Of a stretch of 64,000 nucleotides of DNA, positions 12,992 through 24,679 are shown one piece after another (the stretch's first letter is position 1; each line of letters opens with the position of its first letter). This DNA comes from Calcarisporiella thermophila CBS 279.70 (taxonomy: Eukaryota > Fungi > Calcarisporiellomycota): positions 794,802 to 858,801 of the forward strand of contig NW_027192194.1 of assembly GCF_041956535.1 (NCBI RefSeq). Reading direction: 5' to 3'. The notes beneath the pieces are model-generated. The model was given only the letters and a program-made list of their open reading frames with translations. It did not search any database and was not told the origin of the DNA. Both the position numbers and the translations under genes were made by a program.

Positions 12992-13421
12992 GTTGTTGCT
13001 CGCTTTTGCTCGCAATCAGTAAGACGCAGATGGGATGCCTAAGGGCAAGGAAAAAGAAAGCCAGGAAATGGAACTATACGGACTAGCGTCGATCACTGCA
13101 AAGTACGACTTCGAGATCGGGATGCGGTTTCTACAGCTGGAGCAGAAGGAAATAAGACGAATGGTGGAGGAGATATAATCTTAGCGATCAACCTTGGACA
13201 GCCGCGTTTATTGAGCACTTTGGTTTCTGAAAATCAGAACACTCGGTGGCTTAGAGTCCGGTTACACCATTTCCGTCGTTGTGCCGCTTGAGAGTGGGTT
13301 ACTGTTATTATTCTGGTATCAATAAAATAACAAAGGTGTCATGTTGCATGTCAGTTCATAACTTCATCTCATAAAATTTGTATTTCTTCCCTCCAGTCTT
13401 TACTTGCATCATCTATTCTTG

Positions 13422-16400
13422 ATGGAAACTTTCCATCCCGTCAACTTCGATCTGCTCAAGCAGCCATCATCTTCCCCAGCCAAACCTCTCATCAATGAAG
13501 GCGGCCTTTATTCAAATAGGAAGATGCTCCCACACTCACCCAATTCCCCACAAGTTCCACTTCCACAGCCGAATCAATCCTCGTATCTCACCCCACCAGC
13601 CTCTACCGAATCGCTAACGCTCGACACTGTACGGCAATGGTCGAAGGAACGAGTGGGAACATGGCTCCACGAGTGCCACCTTGGGCATCATGAAAGAGTT
13701 TTTACGGGTACGGTACAATTGTGGTGGATGGATTCACCAGATGAGATGTATTAATATGCATTGGTTGTGTAGGAAACGATGTGAATGGTGAAGTCCTGTT
13801 AGAGATAGACAATATGTTTCTTAAAGAAATGGAGATTCCGACAGTAGGAGAGCGTGTACGCATCCTAACTGCAGTGCGAGCTTTGCGCCGTGAATGCATG
13901 ATGAACCAACATCTACCACAGAGAGTGAGTCTATGGCGCACTTCCACCGAGACTTGTGCCCTTAATTGACTTGAATGCTCTTAAAATTAGAATCTTCGCC
14001 AAGAGGCCGATTTCATTCGTCACCGATGGGAGAAATTTTCGCCACTACTTAGCTCCACCTCGCCCGCCCGCCTGCTCTCTCGTTCAGACTCGAAAAAGAA
14101 TAGATATGATTTATCCGATCAGCTATCACCGATAGAATCCACAAAGGTATGTCTCAGTTCTTGTGCACGAAAAGAATTTATTTTTCCAGCTAATATCCTT
14201 TCTCCGGTTTTCAGAGGAACTCCGTTGAAGCGGATATTATGTCATTGGAGCATGTCAAACAGGTAAAGATGATACGAAGTACTCATGTGCATCCATCACT
14301 AATAGCGACCTATTCTGTCATTAGCGGTGTGTGCGTGTGATTGGGGATGATGGCCAAACCAGCGTGGTGGATGTTAGCAATGTATCTGATGCAAAGTCCA
14401 TTCTCGACAAAGTGCTCCACAAGTTTGGTATTAATGATCGGTCAGACAGATACGCCATTTTCGTGACTTCTGGTGGAACGGATAAGAAGGGCGAAGGTAA
14501 ACTAGCCATGCTAGCCCATTGTCTTTCTCAGTCATGTGGATTAACAATGCATTTTACTAGCCTCGGCCCGAATGATTAATGACAAGGAGCTTGTGGAAAT
14601 TTGTAAGTCGGTCGATCGTCCCGAGCGAGACCGTCTGATTTTACGCAAGCACCACCAATTTATCACACATAATGAGTTCAAGCGCATGGGATCGGTGAAC
14701 CGCTCGGTGAACCATCAGTACCAGAAAATTCAAAAAATCCAGAAGATATTCGGCGAACTGCCCCCCACCTATCCCGAATTCGTGCGGTCTCCTGGTCGTG
14801 TGAAGACCTTTGTGGGTGAGCGACCACCAAGCGAATTGATCTCCTCGAACCTAGCCGAGTTTTTCCCTGGTCATCGAACGGACCTCTTGGCGGAGGTAGG
14901 CACAAGGGTATCCATGCGGGCAAGTCATGCGTCGAGATTGGTGATGGATGGACGCGATTCCGAGATAGATCGAGGCAGTGCGGCCAACGAAGAGAACGCG
15001 TCCCATTCAAACAATCGGCGAAGGTCGTTTGCCTCGGTGTCGGTGAGCAGAACTCCTAATCGGTCCTCGAGTAAGCGGTACTCGATGATTCCGATGGATA
15101 ACATCAAAACCCAGGTCGAAGCATTACGGCACCAACGAAGCCCGCTTGCAGAAGTTCAAGAGGAAGGAAGTGATGAAGAAACATTGGCAGAGGAGAAGGA
15201 GGAGGAAGAGGAAGAGGAGGGAGCAACCACTGCAGCCATCGTTTTTGGCCTAGAGGACTCATCAAAAAGCGATGAGGCGGTGTTTGAGGACGCGGAAGAA
15301 GTGGGAGTTGAAGCTAGTGTAGAAGAGGTGGTTAAGCAAGGTAGGAATGCAGCATGGTTCAGTTCATCTAATCTAGACAACCCACTTATATTTCTTGTTT
15401 CTATCGCGTAGAATCCAAAAAACTAAAATGGATGAAGGGTGCTCTGATCGGACGTGGATCTTTCGGTGATGTCTATCTTGGTTTAAATGCGATAAGCGGA
15501 GAGCTGATGGCCGTCAAACAAGTGGAAATTCCCCAAGTGAACTCGGCAACGAAGGAACGAAAGAAGGCTATGGTAAAACCAATTTTTTCCCCCTTTCTTT
15601 GACCACCCACCGCTAATTCGTTTGTATGGCTTTTTTGTTAGTTGGACGCGCTACAATTAGAGATTTCCCTATTGAAAGACTTGCACCACGAGAATATTGT
15701 CCAATATCTTGGTGAGTGCTATGTTACCTCCAATGTTTTACACAACATTTCCCCTAAAATAGAATATCCTGACTTCTTTCAGGCTCAAATTGTGACGACA
15801 CCCATTTTTACATCTTTTTGGAATATGTTCCTGGAGGGTCGGTCGCAGGCCTTTTGGCTGACTACGGTGCATTTGAAGAGCCACTTGTGCGGACCTTTGT
15901 CAAGCAGATTCTTCACGGTTTAAGGTATTTGCATGAGCGAGATATTATCCATCGAGATATTAAAGGCGCAAATATCCTGGGTACGTTATCGAAATTGACT
16001 AAATCAATGACAAACTGTGCAATAGTTAACTTTTCGCCTATCTTCCCCTCATTTTAGTGGATAATAAAGGGTGCGTGAAGATTTCAGACTTTGGTATTTC
16101 GAAAAAGATCGAGGACGGTAAGTCAACCATGGCGATTTCCCGATGAATCACATAAATCTAACCGCGTCCCACTTTATAATAGATATTCTCACTGCGTCAG
16201 GAGCAGCACGACCCTCATTTAAGGGATCTGTGTTTTGGATGGCGCCCGAAGTGGTGAAGCAGACGCAATACACCAACAAAGCAGATATATGGTCACTCGG
16301 ATGCTTGGTCATCGAGATGTTAAGCGGTGACCACCCCTGGCCAAGCTACACGCAGATGCAAGCTATTTTCAAGGTAAGCTATTTCCTTATCCAAGTAGGT

Positions 16401-16670
16401 AAATAACTCAGCTCGTTGATATATGCCATTTCTTCTCCTTTAGATTGGTCGATACGCCGCTCCTGATATCCCTGAAGTGGCTTCCAGCGATGCTCGAGAC
16501 TTTTTGCAGCGCACCTTTGAATTGTAATTGTCTTTGCCTTGAATGGATGAAAGATTGACCCTAATGGCTTTATCTTCATTTTGCTTTATAGAAATTACCA
16601 AGACCGTCCTTCAGCCACCGAATTACTAAAACATGCCTTCCTAGCGCAACCGGGTGGATCCACGCCCTAA
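13422..16670 (+). CDS. STE11: MAP kinase kinase kinase Ste11/Byr2 type (spliced)
   Basis: SAM domain ([10 protein letters not shown]...NGEVLLEID), Ras-binding domain, [50 protein letters not shown]. Confidence 0.95.
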
Positions 16671-16870
16671 CTGTTTTATTTTTTACAAATATTTATTTTT
16701 TTTCTCCTAATATGTTAAGGATCCATGTATTTCCTGATGCTGAAAAGTCTGTGTTTTTTAGATTTTTTTTTTCAAGTGGTTACTTTACTTCCAGCTTTTT
16801 TCCTTTCTTTCCTAATGTTGTAGTTTTTTACTTTTATTTATTTTTTTTTAATAATAATCTCATTTCCACG

Positions 16871-18106
16871 TTATTCGGACGAGTAGTCTAAAATCTCAGA
16901 GCCACTTGAGGCGAGCTCATCAGCGATGCTTCGCACATCTACATCCAGGCGTAATGGGATGGTTTCATGTGTGAAGTACGGATACTTCAAAACCTACCAA
17001 GGCAAATCAATTAGCACACTCATCTCAGCGGGCAGAAAATAGCTAGACAACTTGTTCGCAGCTTATTCGACGTGAAGCGGAATACACGAGGATTTTTTCC
17101 AAAATCCTGAGGGCATCTAGGGACGCAGGTATCCGCTTGTCGAGTGGCAAGGCGGGGAGCGGTTGGAACAAAATCTTTCCATAATCGGGCATATCTTTCC
17201 ATTCCTATGGATAAGCTACATTAAAAATATCCATTGCTTCTTATTCAGAGGGGTATATAAGGGGTTACCGGCCAGGTCAGCTCGTCGGGTGTTCCGAGCA
17301 ACTCGAATATGCAAATTACTTGATGAATATCACTTCGTCCGCAAAATAGTGCCTTATCTCGAATAAATAGCTCAGCAAACACACATCCCGCAGACCAAAC
17401 GTCTATGGCACAAGTATAGTTCGAGGAAGCGAACAGAAGTTCTGGTGCACGGTACCACCTTTTTCAAAGAGAAGTTGGCAATGTCAACACCAAGCTACTT
17501 ACAGATGGCTGTGTTGCTCACACTTGAATACCTTGTCCCAACGTGAGCGCTCTTATTTTCGTTGGCTTTCGCCATCACCGCCGTACCAAAATCGGAAATT
17601 TTAAGGACACCCTCTGGAGATATAAGCACGTTGGTCGGTGAGATATCACGGTGCATAAAGCCGCATTCATGAATGTAATCAAGACCACGGAAGAGCATAT
17701 AAGCACAGGATTTAATCTGGAGAGCAGAGAGAGGAGGGCCGTTGCGAAGGAGACCATGCAAGTCGAGAGGTAAAAAAGGGTATATGAAGGTGTGGGTGAG
17801 GTCGTCTTCGGATTCAAAATAGTCAAGAAGAGACACCACCTATCGGGTGTTTAGGGAAACAATTAGGAGGTAAGTCTACCACAGGTGCTAGCTAGAGATA
17901 GAATAAATAGCTACATTTTCATGATGCAACTTCTTGGATCCTTCTAGTTCACGCTTTGCGTGTTGCAAAACCTCTTTCATCATAACATTTTGCGTCGGCC
18001 CAATACGTTTCAGCGCCACCAGTTCACTTGTTTGAATGTTGCAAGCTTTATATACGTTTGAATAGGTTCCTTCTCCAACATGAGAGAGGATTCTGTACTT
18101 GTCCAT
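16871..18106 (-). CDS. CDK20/CCRK-like (CAK-related) kinase (spliced)
   Basis: VGEGTYSNVYKA, VALKRI, HRDISPTNVLI, VGTRWYRAPELLF, LLGTPDELTWPEWKDMPDYGKILF. Confidence 0.8.
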
Positions 18107-18238
18107 GGGGATTCAGCTCCTGTTTTTCGAACTTCTCTATCTCAATAACTAAATATTTGCCACGAAAAATACACAGTCACAACTGGAGGTAGATTCATTT
18201 TCTCTATGAACTATAGTTAGGTCAAAGAATTGCTTCAG

Positions 18239-19891
18239 ATGGAATTCCAAGGCTTTCCTCGCCTTCTTTCTGTATTCTATGCAGAATTTCATCCGGATAA
18301 AGGCCCCAAGGTACTATATGAAGTACCTGAAGGCTCAGTGCTTCCTACACCCAATATAACACCTCTTGTCGATTTCGATTCTATATCTGAATACATCGTT
18401 CCAAAAGAAGAGCTCTCAGACCGCCTCGTTACCATCACGACGGGTCATCACAAAGTCATAGGCTATCCTGTACGCCTTGAAGGAATTCGATACCACAAAA
18501 GGAGGAATTTGTTCCAGTTTAATTTGTGTTTTGTATTCGATAAAGACGCGGAAACAAGCAGCTATGATCCAGTGGTACGAAAATGCGCACGTGTGTTAAA
18601 GGCAATAGAGGTAGGTCGTTAGATGTTTTGGATTGTATGCAGATCACAAGTTTCCCGTCTCATGAATTAACCTTTGTGGATATGCATTTTTAGGAGGAGA
18701 ATCTTTTTCTCTCAAATTCGTCTACAGGGGTTGCCGTTCAAAATCTTATTGAGCAGCTTCTAGAAGATCTTAACAGCTACTGCGAATGCCAAATACCTAT
18801 AAGTAAGACGAATCTTTGTAAACTCTTTTTTATCTTTACTCTGCGTGCCCACACTTCATCTCTAATCTTGATTAGACCCAGCAAATACCATTAATCTTAA
18901 GCTCTTCCCCACTTATCCTAATCCACCCCCCGTATACGATTATCAAGTTCCAATATTGACTGTTAATGTTGAGGCACTCATGGATGTGAGTTGGGACATT
19001 ACCATGCAACGTATCGCCAAGCACATTGATGGAGTAAAACATGTGCGCAAAATTGCCCATCTTGCCGAAGTGGAGCCATCCTTAGCACGCAAATGTATGG
19101 AGCACCTATTATATTATATGTGCATTATCATGGTGGATATATTCCAGGTAAGAATCAGTGTCTCTGATGAAATGATCTTGCACATTAAGTATTTATATGC
19201 AATATCAGTTCGGAAATATTTATGCTACAAGGCCGGACGTGAAAAAATTGACGGAAGACATAACATTACAAAATGAATGCATTTCATACTGTACAAAGCC
19301 TGGTATTCAACTTTTTAATTTCTTGATTAGTCCTGCTTGGAATACATGTTAACCTATTTACACGATTTGACGTGAAAGATATGCTTCCGCCACCCTTTTC
19401 AAAAATACTGAATATTTATTGTAGCTTGAGACACGGGCTAACGCTTCGGGATTGGATAAAACAATACGATGTCTCTTCCTATAATATTGATATTCGGTCA
19501 GTAGATTGGATTATATCATTGCTAGCATATTCAGATGTCGCGGTTGTTAATCTAGTTATTTTTATAGACGCTTCATCTCGTTTGGCGTGATGAAAGGGTT
19601 CCTCTATCGAGTCCATAAATATCCTTTGTTGCTCAACAATGTACAGCCGGAGAACACAATTGAAGGAGATTATCCTGCATCTTATTCAGAGATATCGCCA
19701 CGACTGCGCAAGTAATTATAATTTCATTATGTAATGCTGGATGATTTATTTGATCATCCCTTTGATGAAATGACAGGTATCTTACGGGCACCCATCACTA
19801 TGATGAGATTTGTACAGCGCTCGAGGTTAGCGCACGAGAGCTCGACGACACACTAAGATCAAACCCAAATGTCGTGTTTTTGTATCGATAG
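18239..19891 (+). CDS. NPR2: Nitrogen permease regulator 2 (GATOR1/SEACIT subunit, spliced)
   Basis: FYAEFHPDKGPKV, RNLFQFNLCFVF, EDLNSYCECQIPI, WDITMQRI..HIDGV, HHYDEIC. Confidence 0.95.
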
Positions 19892-20971
19892 CTTCGTGTA
19901 TTCACACTATTTGCTCTTTGTTATTTGTTATTTGTCATTTTTTTCTTTGCATAGCTTACTAATGGTTGTCACTTTAATATATGGGGTTTTTGAGGCCGGA
20001 GGTTTCTGCTGGTGCTTATGAAAGCATATTTTTTCTGGAGTATCTCAAACGGCACTAAGACTCCAAAAATAAACACCAGGAAAGAGAAGCTTTGTAATGC
20101 TCAAACATTGGCATCGCCTTAAGTCTTGTTAACTAGGCTCCTACGAACAACGAGTGTTCAGCCTGACCGATAGTGAAGTTGAAAAATCTCGAAACTACAA
20201 AATTGATTATGGAAATACCCAAACCATTTTCAAGTTTGCTCAACAACAACTCCACATCATATGTCCAGCGATGCCTGCGTCATACTCCGTATGTGGTTGG
20301 CTTTTTATCATTGTGATAATCCTAATAGTGTTGACTCTGGCAACTCCGTCGGCGATATTTCGCACTCACAAAGTTCAGTGGACTCCTTTTAGACCGAGCT
20401 TAACTCTGCCAATAATGGGGCCAGTTGAAAATGTGCTACGGTCAGCCTAGCTCACTTCGGCTAAGCAAATCCACCGCCAAACTTAGAGACTGGGATGGCA
20501 TGAGGCCAGTGACTAAGCCAAAGCGGGATTAACTGCAAATAAATGATAAATTCATTACTTCCCGATACATTTAGATGGAAATCGCAGCAACCCCCTTGGG
20601 CCGCTCCTCAGGGCAGCAGCCGTCGCGTCTCTTCAGCCGGTCGGCATGGAGGGCCAAACTTCACATAATGACATTTCATCATCCAAGAATACGTGGCAAG
20701 GTTTCCTTTTGTGCTCATTTTCTGAGCAAAGGCCTATGATTTTGTAATTCGGTCTGGATCCCTCAATATAGTTAAAAATCAAATCTGGTCAGATTTGGTT
20801 GTACAAAATGCGCGTGAATTGCATCTTTAATATGGACTTTTCCCTCTCTTATAATGAGCTCGGCGCGTTCTTCGTCCCTTATTGCTGTCTGTCCGACCTA
20901 GTTTTTCCTTCCCCCTTCCCTTTGATTATCGATTCTTTCCATTCCTTAATCACTCTTCTCTCCTAAGTAAA

Positions 20972-22274
20972 ATGCGGTTCAACTTGGGCATCGCCGTGAT
21001 TATGGCGCTTGTCTCATCATGCGCAGTCGCCGCTAAAGAATTTCCTTTTTGCAAAGGAAAATTTGCAAAGCGTGATGAGATTTGCAAAAAATTTCATTTC
21101 CCCCCTCCTGGCCAGGGACGTACATGTGTCACTCCTAAGAATGGGACAACGTTCTTCGATATCTCAGTAAGGCTCATTCGTATTTTTGCATAGCTACAAG
21201 TATACCTATTGGCTTTTTTGTTTAGGATCTACCTAAAACCACCTTCTCTGACCACGGACGAAAGATGGCCCAGCTCATCACAAAGTAAGTGTTAATTCAT
21301 TCTCCAATCTATAACACCGATGGCTTGGCATCCTTTTTCGACACCCCTATTAACTTTTTCTATCTTGCTCTATAGTGTTTTCGAAAATGGAAACAAGCAG
21401 TTCCAATACCAGGTAAATATACTCTCACATAACTGGACGCGTTTCTATATCTCATCTTGGTGCATTGCACTCTAATCGCGTTCATTATTCAGTATGTAGA
21501 GTATCTTGGAGACGGCCGTGGGTACACTTCTGGCAGAATTGGATTCACCACAGGCACAAACGACGCCTATAGGCTAATCAAGAAATATTATAAAAAGAAG
21601 AAAAGTCCTCTCAGTCGCTTTTTGCCAGAGTTGAAGCGCCTTAGCGATCTAAGCTTTTGCTCCACCAAGCGTGACGATATTAGTGGCCTTAAAGGGTACA
21701 AGAAAGCTTGGAAGCGCGCCGCCTGCAAAGATGCTGATTTCCGCAAGGCGCAAGACAAGGCAGTGCAGCAAATGTATATGGAGCCTGCGCTTCGGTTCGC
21801 TGGATACGCCAAGGTAAAAACGGAGCTAGGAAAGGCAATGCTCTATGATGTAATTATTCAGCACGGATGGCAGTGTATGTATAAAGAATTTGAGAGGTGA
21901 ATAGCCGAAGGTTTTAACTCATCCAATATCTAGATACCGAACCTGATATCAACATTTGGCGACTCATTAATCTTTCGGGAGGACCTCGCCGGAAGAATGA
22001 ATCCGAGAGTTCTTTCCTGATGCGTCTTATAACAACACGACGAGAAATGGCTTGCTGCGCAAACGATGATGTCTGGCCGGAATCTGCAAGCCGTATGGAC
22101 GACTGGATGACGGTCATCCGGTCCAAGAATTTCGACTTGAAAAAGCCCGTTGTACTCAAGAACTTTGGGGTTACAGTGACCGGAAAGGAGAACCCTCGGG
22201 TGCTGAACAAAAAGGAGTGTAAACCTTTCCTGAAAAAGGGCGGCGGAGGAGGCGATGACGATGAAGATAATTAA
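20972..22274 (+). CDS. Secreted GH46 chitosanase (spliced, four introns)
   Basis: Signal peptide; QLITNVFENG (catalytic Glu), YLGDGRGYTSGRIGFTTGTND (catalytic Asp/Thr), DADFRKAQD, YDVIIQHG. Confidence 0.9.
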
Positions 22275-22788
22275 TCCGTATAATTTCTTAAAGTCGTTAT
22301 TTTTTTTATCCACCAGCTTAATCCATTATAAATAATATACCCCCTGTTTGCTGACCACTTATATATTTGCCAATAACAGCAATTAATCTTATAAAAATTT
22401 ATTGTATTTTGGATTGTCCATTAATTTATATTATTTTGCTCAGCAGATATTGTCTCCGTTTAATAGAGGATATATTTTGTTCAGGGTATAGCTCACTTAC
22501 CTAAGAAAAACAAGAGTTAGTAAAATTTTACACGTTTCCTTTGCCAGAGAAATTAACAAAATGATCAGGAATAAAATATTTGTCTTTCAGAATCCGAAGA
22601 CAATCAGAATTTTCAGTGTATAAACATCCTTTCGGCAGAGGAAATGAATTTTAGTAGAGACTCACCTATACAAATATAACTGGCAATCTACACGCTTGGC
22701 TGACTTATTGCATACAGTATATATGATTGCCTGAATGAAATAAAAAGGCGATTAACAAAATGTCTAGGGAAAAAAGTATCAAAAAATA

Positions 22789-22877
22789 TGCCTCAGACAA
22801 CTTCCCGTCATCTTCCGTAAGCCTCATTAAAGACTCACGTCCGACTTTGCAGACAAAAGTATATATCATCATAGGCA
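22789..22877 (-). ncRNA. Box C/D snoRNA, target not recognised
   Basis: TGCCT-ATGATGA ... CTGA-GGCA: perfect C and D boxes closed by a terminal stem, inside the intron starting at 22922. Confidence 0.8.
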
Positions 22878-23009
22878 AGGAAGGGTTGATATTTACCGAA
22901 TACAGCAATCCCTGGAGCATACGCGTAAATAAAGAAATATATCTAAAGTGTAAACACTCGGTTAGTAACGCTTATCATAATTTAACATTAGATATTGCGT
23001 GATCGCTAA

Positions 23010-23094
23010 TTATTCAGCAAGTGAAGAAATTCATATTTTGCGCCACATGGTTTGTTCAGAAAGAACGCAGCGAATGAATCGACTCATCATTTAA
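23010..23094 (-). ncRNA. Box C/D snoRNA with 5.8S and 25S guides
   Basis: ATGATGA; TTCGCTGCGTTCTT before D' CTGA complements 5.8S AAGAACGCAGCGAA; TGAATTTCTTCACTT before D CTGA complements 25S AAGTGAAGAAATTCA. Confidence 0.92.
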
Positions 23095-23234
23095 AATTAA
23101 ATGAATGATAAAAATGATACTAGATTCTTACCATTACAGAATCATTATATAGCGGGACTGAATGTATATCTATCAGAGATATAAACAAAACATTAGTACT
23201 CAGTCAGAAAACACCAAAAGTTATTTGGTATAAG

Positions 23235-23310
23235 GACGCTCAGAAACAGCCTCTAAATTTACAACATGAGTAGAATTCAGGCAAACCGTGATAGAAATCA
23301 TCATAGCGCC
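23235..23310 (-). ncRNA. Box C/D snoRNA, SNORD95-like 25S guide
   Basis: GGCGCT-ATGATGA ... D' CTGA ... TAGAGGCTGTTT-CTGA-GCGTC; guide complements 25S AACAGCCTCTA; D+5 rule gives the A in AAC[A]GCC. Confidence 0.9.
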
Positions 23311-23899
23311 GTTTAGAAAAAATGAATATAAGCTATACTCACCAGCTATATATACATGTAAAAGTTCAGCAATAAAATTAATACAAATGAACAGAAATGA
23401 TTAGTTTTAAAGAAAAGGAAAAGGAAAAGAGACTTGTAAAGTACCATACACCTTAGGCGATAAGTTTATATACACGAACATATAGTAGTCACGCACTGTA
23501 AACAAGAGGCTATAACCTAACCTAAACCGCCCTCTACAAGGTTGCCCTGCTTTTTGTCAAACTTCAGCAACTTTTTCACTCATAATCCTGAAATTCCTGT
23601 AGTTGGTTGGGCTTGCTGCCATTGAAAATAAAGTTGATTGCTTTCCATTTCCGCATATACCAATAGCCATCGTCCAAAAATGATCCACAAGTCGCACCCC
23701 CTATTTTTAATATCAATTCTATTTTTTTTTTCTATCAGTGTTTTTCCGTTTTCTCTGCTTTTTTTTCCTTCGTGGCCCACCTTCCTATCCTTTCCTATTA
23801 ACGCTGTCATTTCTTTGGCTTCTCCATTTTCCTATGTATAAATAGGAAATAAATCATAGCCTAATCTTTCCTTATTCTACAAAAAGTACCCTTTTCAGC

Positions 23900-24679
23900 A
23901 TGCCGTCCTTCAATTCCCTTGTCTCGTTAGCTCTCGGCTCGCACCATATATCAGATTCGGCGCCTCGTCCTATGCCCGATCTCAAAAAACGTCAAGATGC
24001 CCCTGCGGGTGAAAAGGGCTCTTCTAAAGACCAGCAGCCTCCTCCAACGGAGAAACCCTCAAGCGACCCGAAAGAACCTACTAAACCTCCTACCCCTTCT
24101 GAAAAGCCTTCAAGCGATCCAAAAGAGCCTACTAAACCCACTGCTTCTGAAAAGCCTTCGGAATCAAAAGAATCTCCAAAACCTCCAGCGAGTGAGCCAA
24201 AACCATCGCAGCAGCCGTCGCAGCAACCATCGCAGCAGCCGACGCAACCTCCTTCCGAAACGCCTCCATCGAAGACGCAAGAGTCCGTGCCATCCTCTCC
24301 ATCAGTAGCACCTCCACAACCCTCCAGCAACCCTGCTCAACCGTCAGTCTCTTCCAATTCCCCTTTGACTAGCAGTACTTCTATATCCGTTTCATATACA
24401 AGCCTGCAGCCTATCTCTGCATCAAGGACTGGCAGCGTAGGTCCATCCACCATTCCATCGGGTGACCAAAACGAAGGCAGCGGTGGGAGTGGCCCGCTAG
24501 TGATTGGAGGAGCGGTGGTTGGATCGATTATTGTGGTAATTGCGGTGGCATTTGTGGCCACCAAATTTATTAGACGGCGCCGAAGGATCAAGGAATGGAA
24601 TGACGATACGCTGGGACCTTACGGGGGACCGATTACCGATCCTTTCAAGCAGACGCTAGACATTTATCACAAGTCTTAA
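23900..24679 (+). CDS. Ser/Pro/Thr-rich single-pass membrane protein (Mid2/mucin-like)
   Basis: Intronless 259-aa ORF; EKPSSDPKEPTKP and QQPS repeats, TM segment then RRRRR stop-transfer. Confidence 0.75.
   Translation: MPSFNSLVSLALGSHHISDSAPRPMPDLKKRQDAPAGEKGSSKDQQPPPTEKPSSDPKEPTKPPTPSEKPSSDPKEPTKPTASEKPSESKESPKPPASEPKPSQQPSQQPSQQPTQPPSETPPSKTQESVPSSPSVAPPQPSSNPAQPSVSSNSPLTSSTSISVSYTSLQPISASRTGSVGPSTIPSGDQNEGSGGSGPLVIGGAVVGSIIVVIAVAFVATKFIRRRRRIKEWNDDTLGPYGGPITDPFKQTLDIYHKS

Larger units (their letters stand above)
22495..23450 (-). ncRNA. Spliced non-coding snoRNA host gene
   Basis: Chain of strong donors (GTGAGT 23342, GTAAGA 23131, GTATGC 22922, GTGAGT 22665, GTAAGT 22500), TACTAAY branch sites and YAG acceptors; exons of 3-65 nt with no convincing ORF; introns carry C/D snoRNAs. 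Confidence 0.8.
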
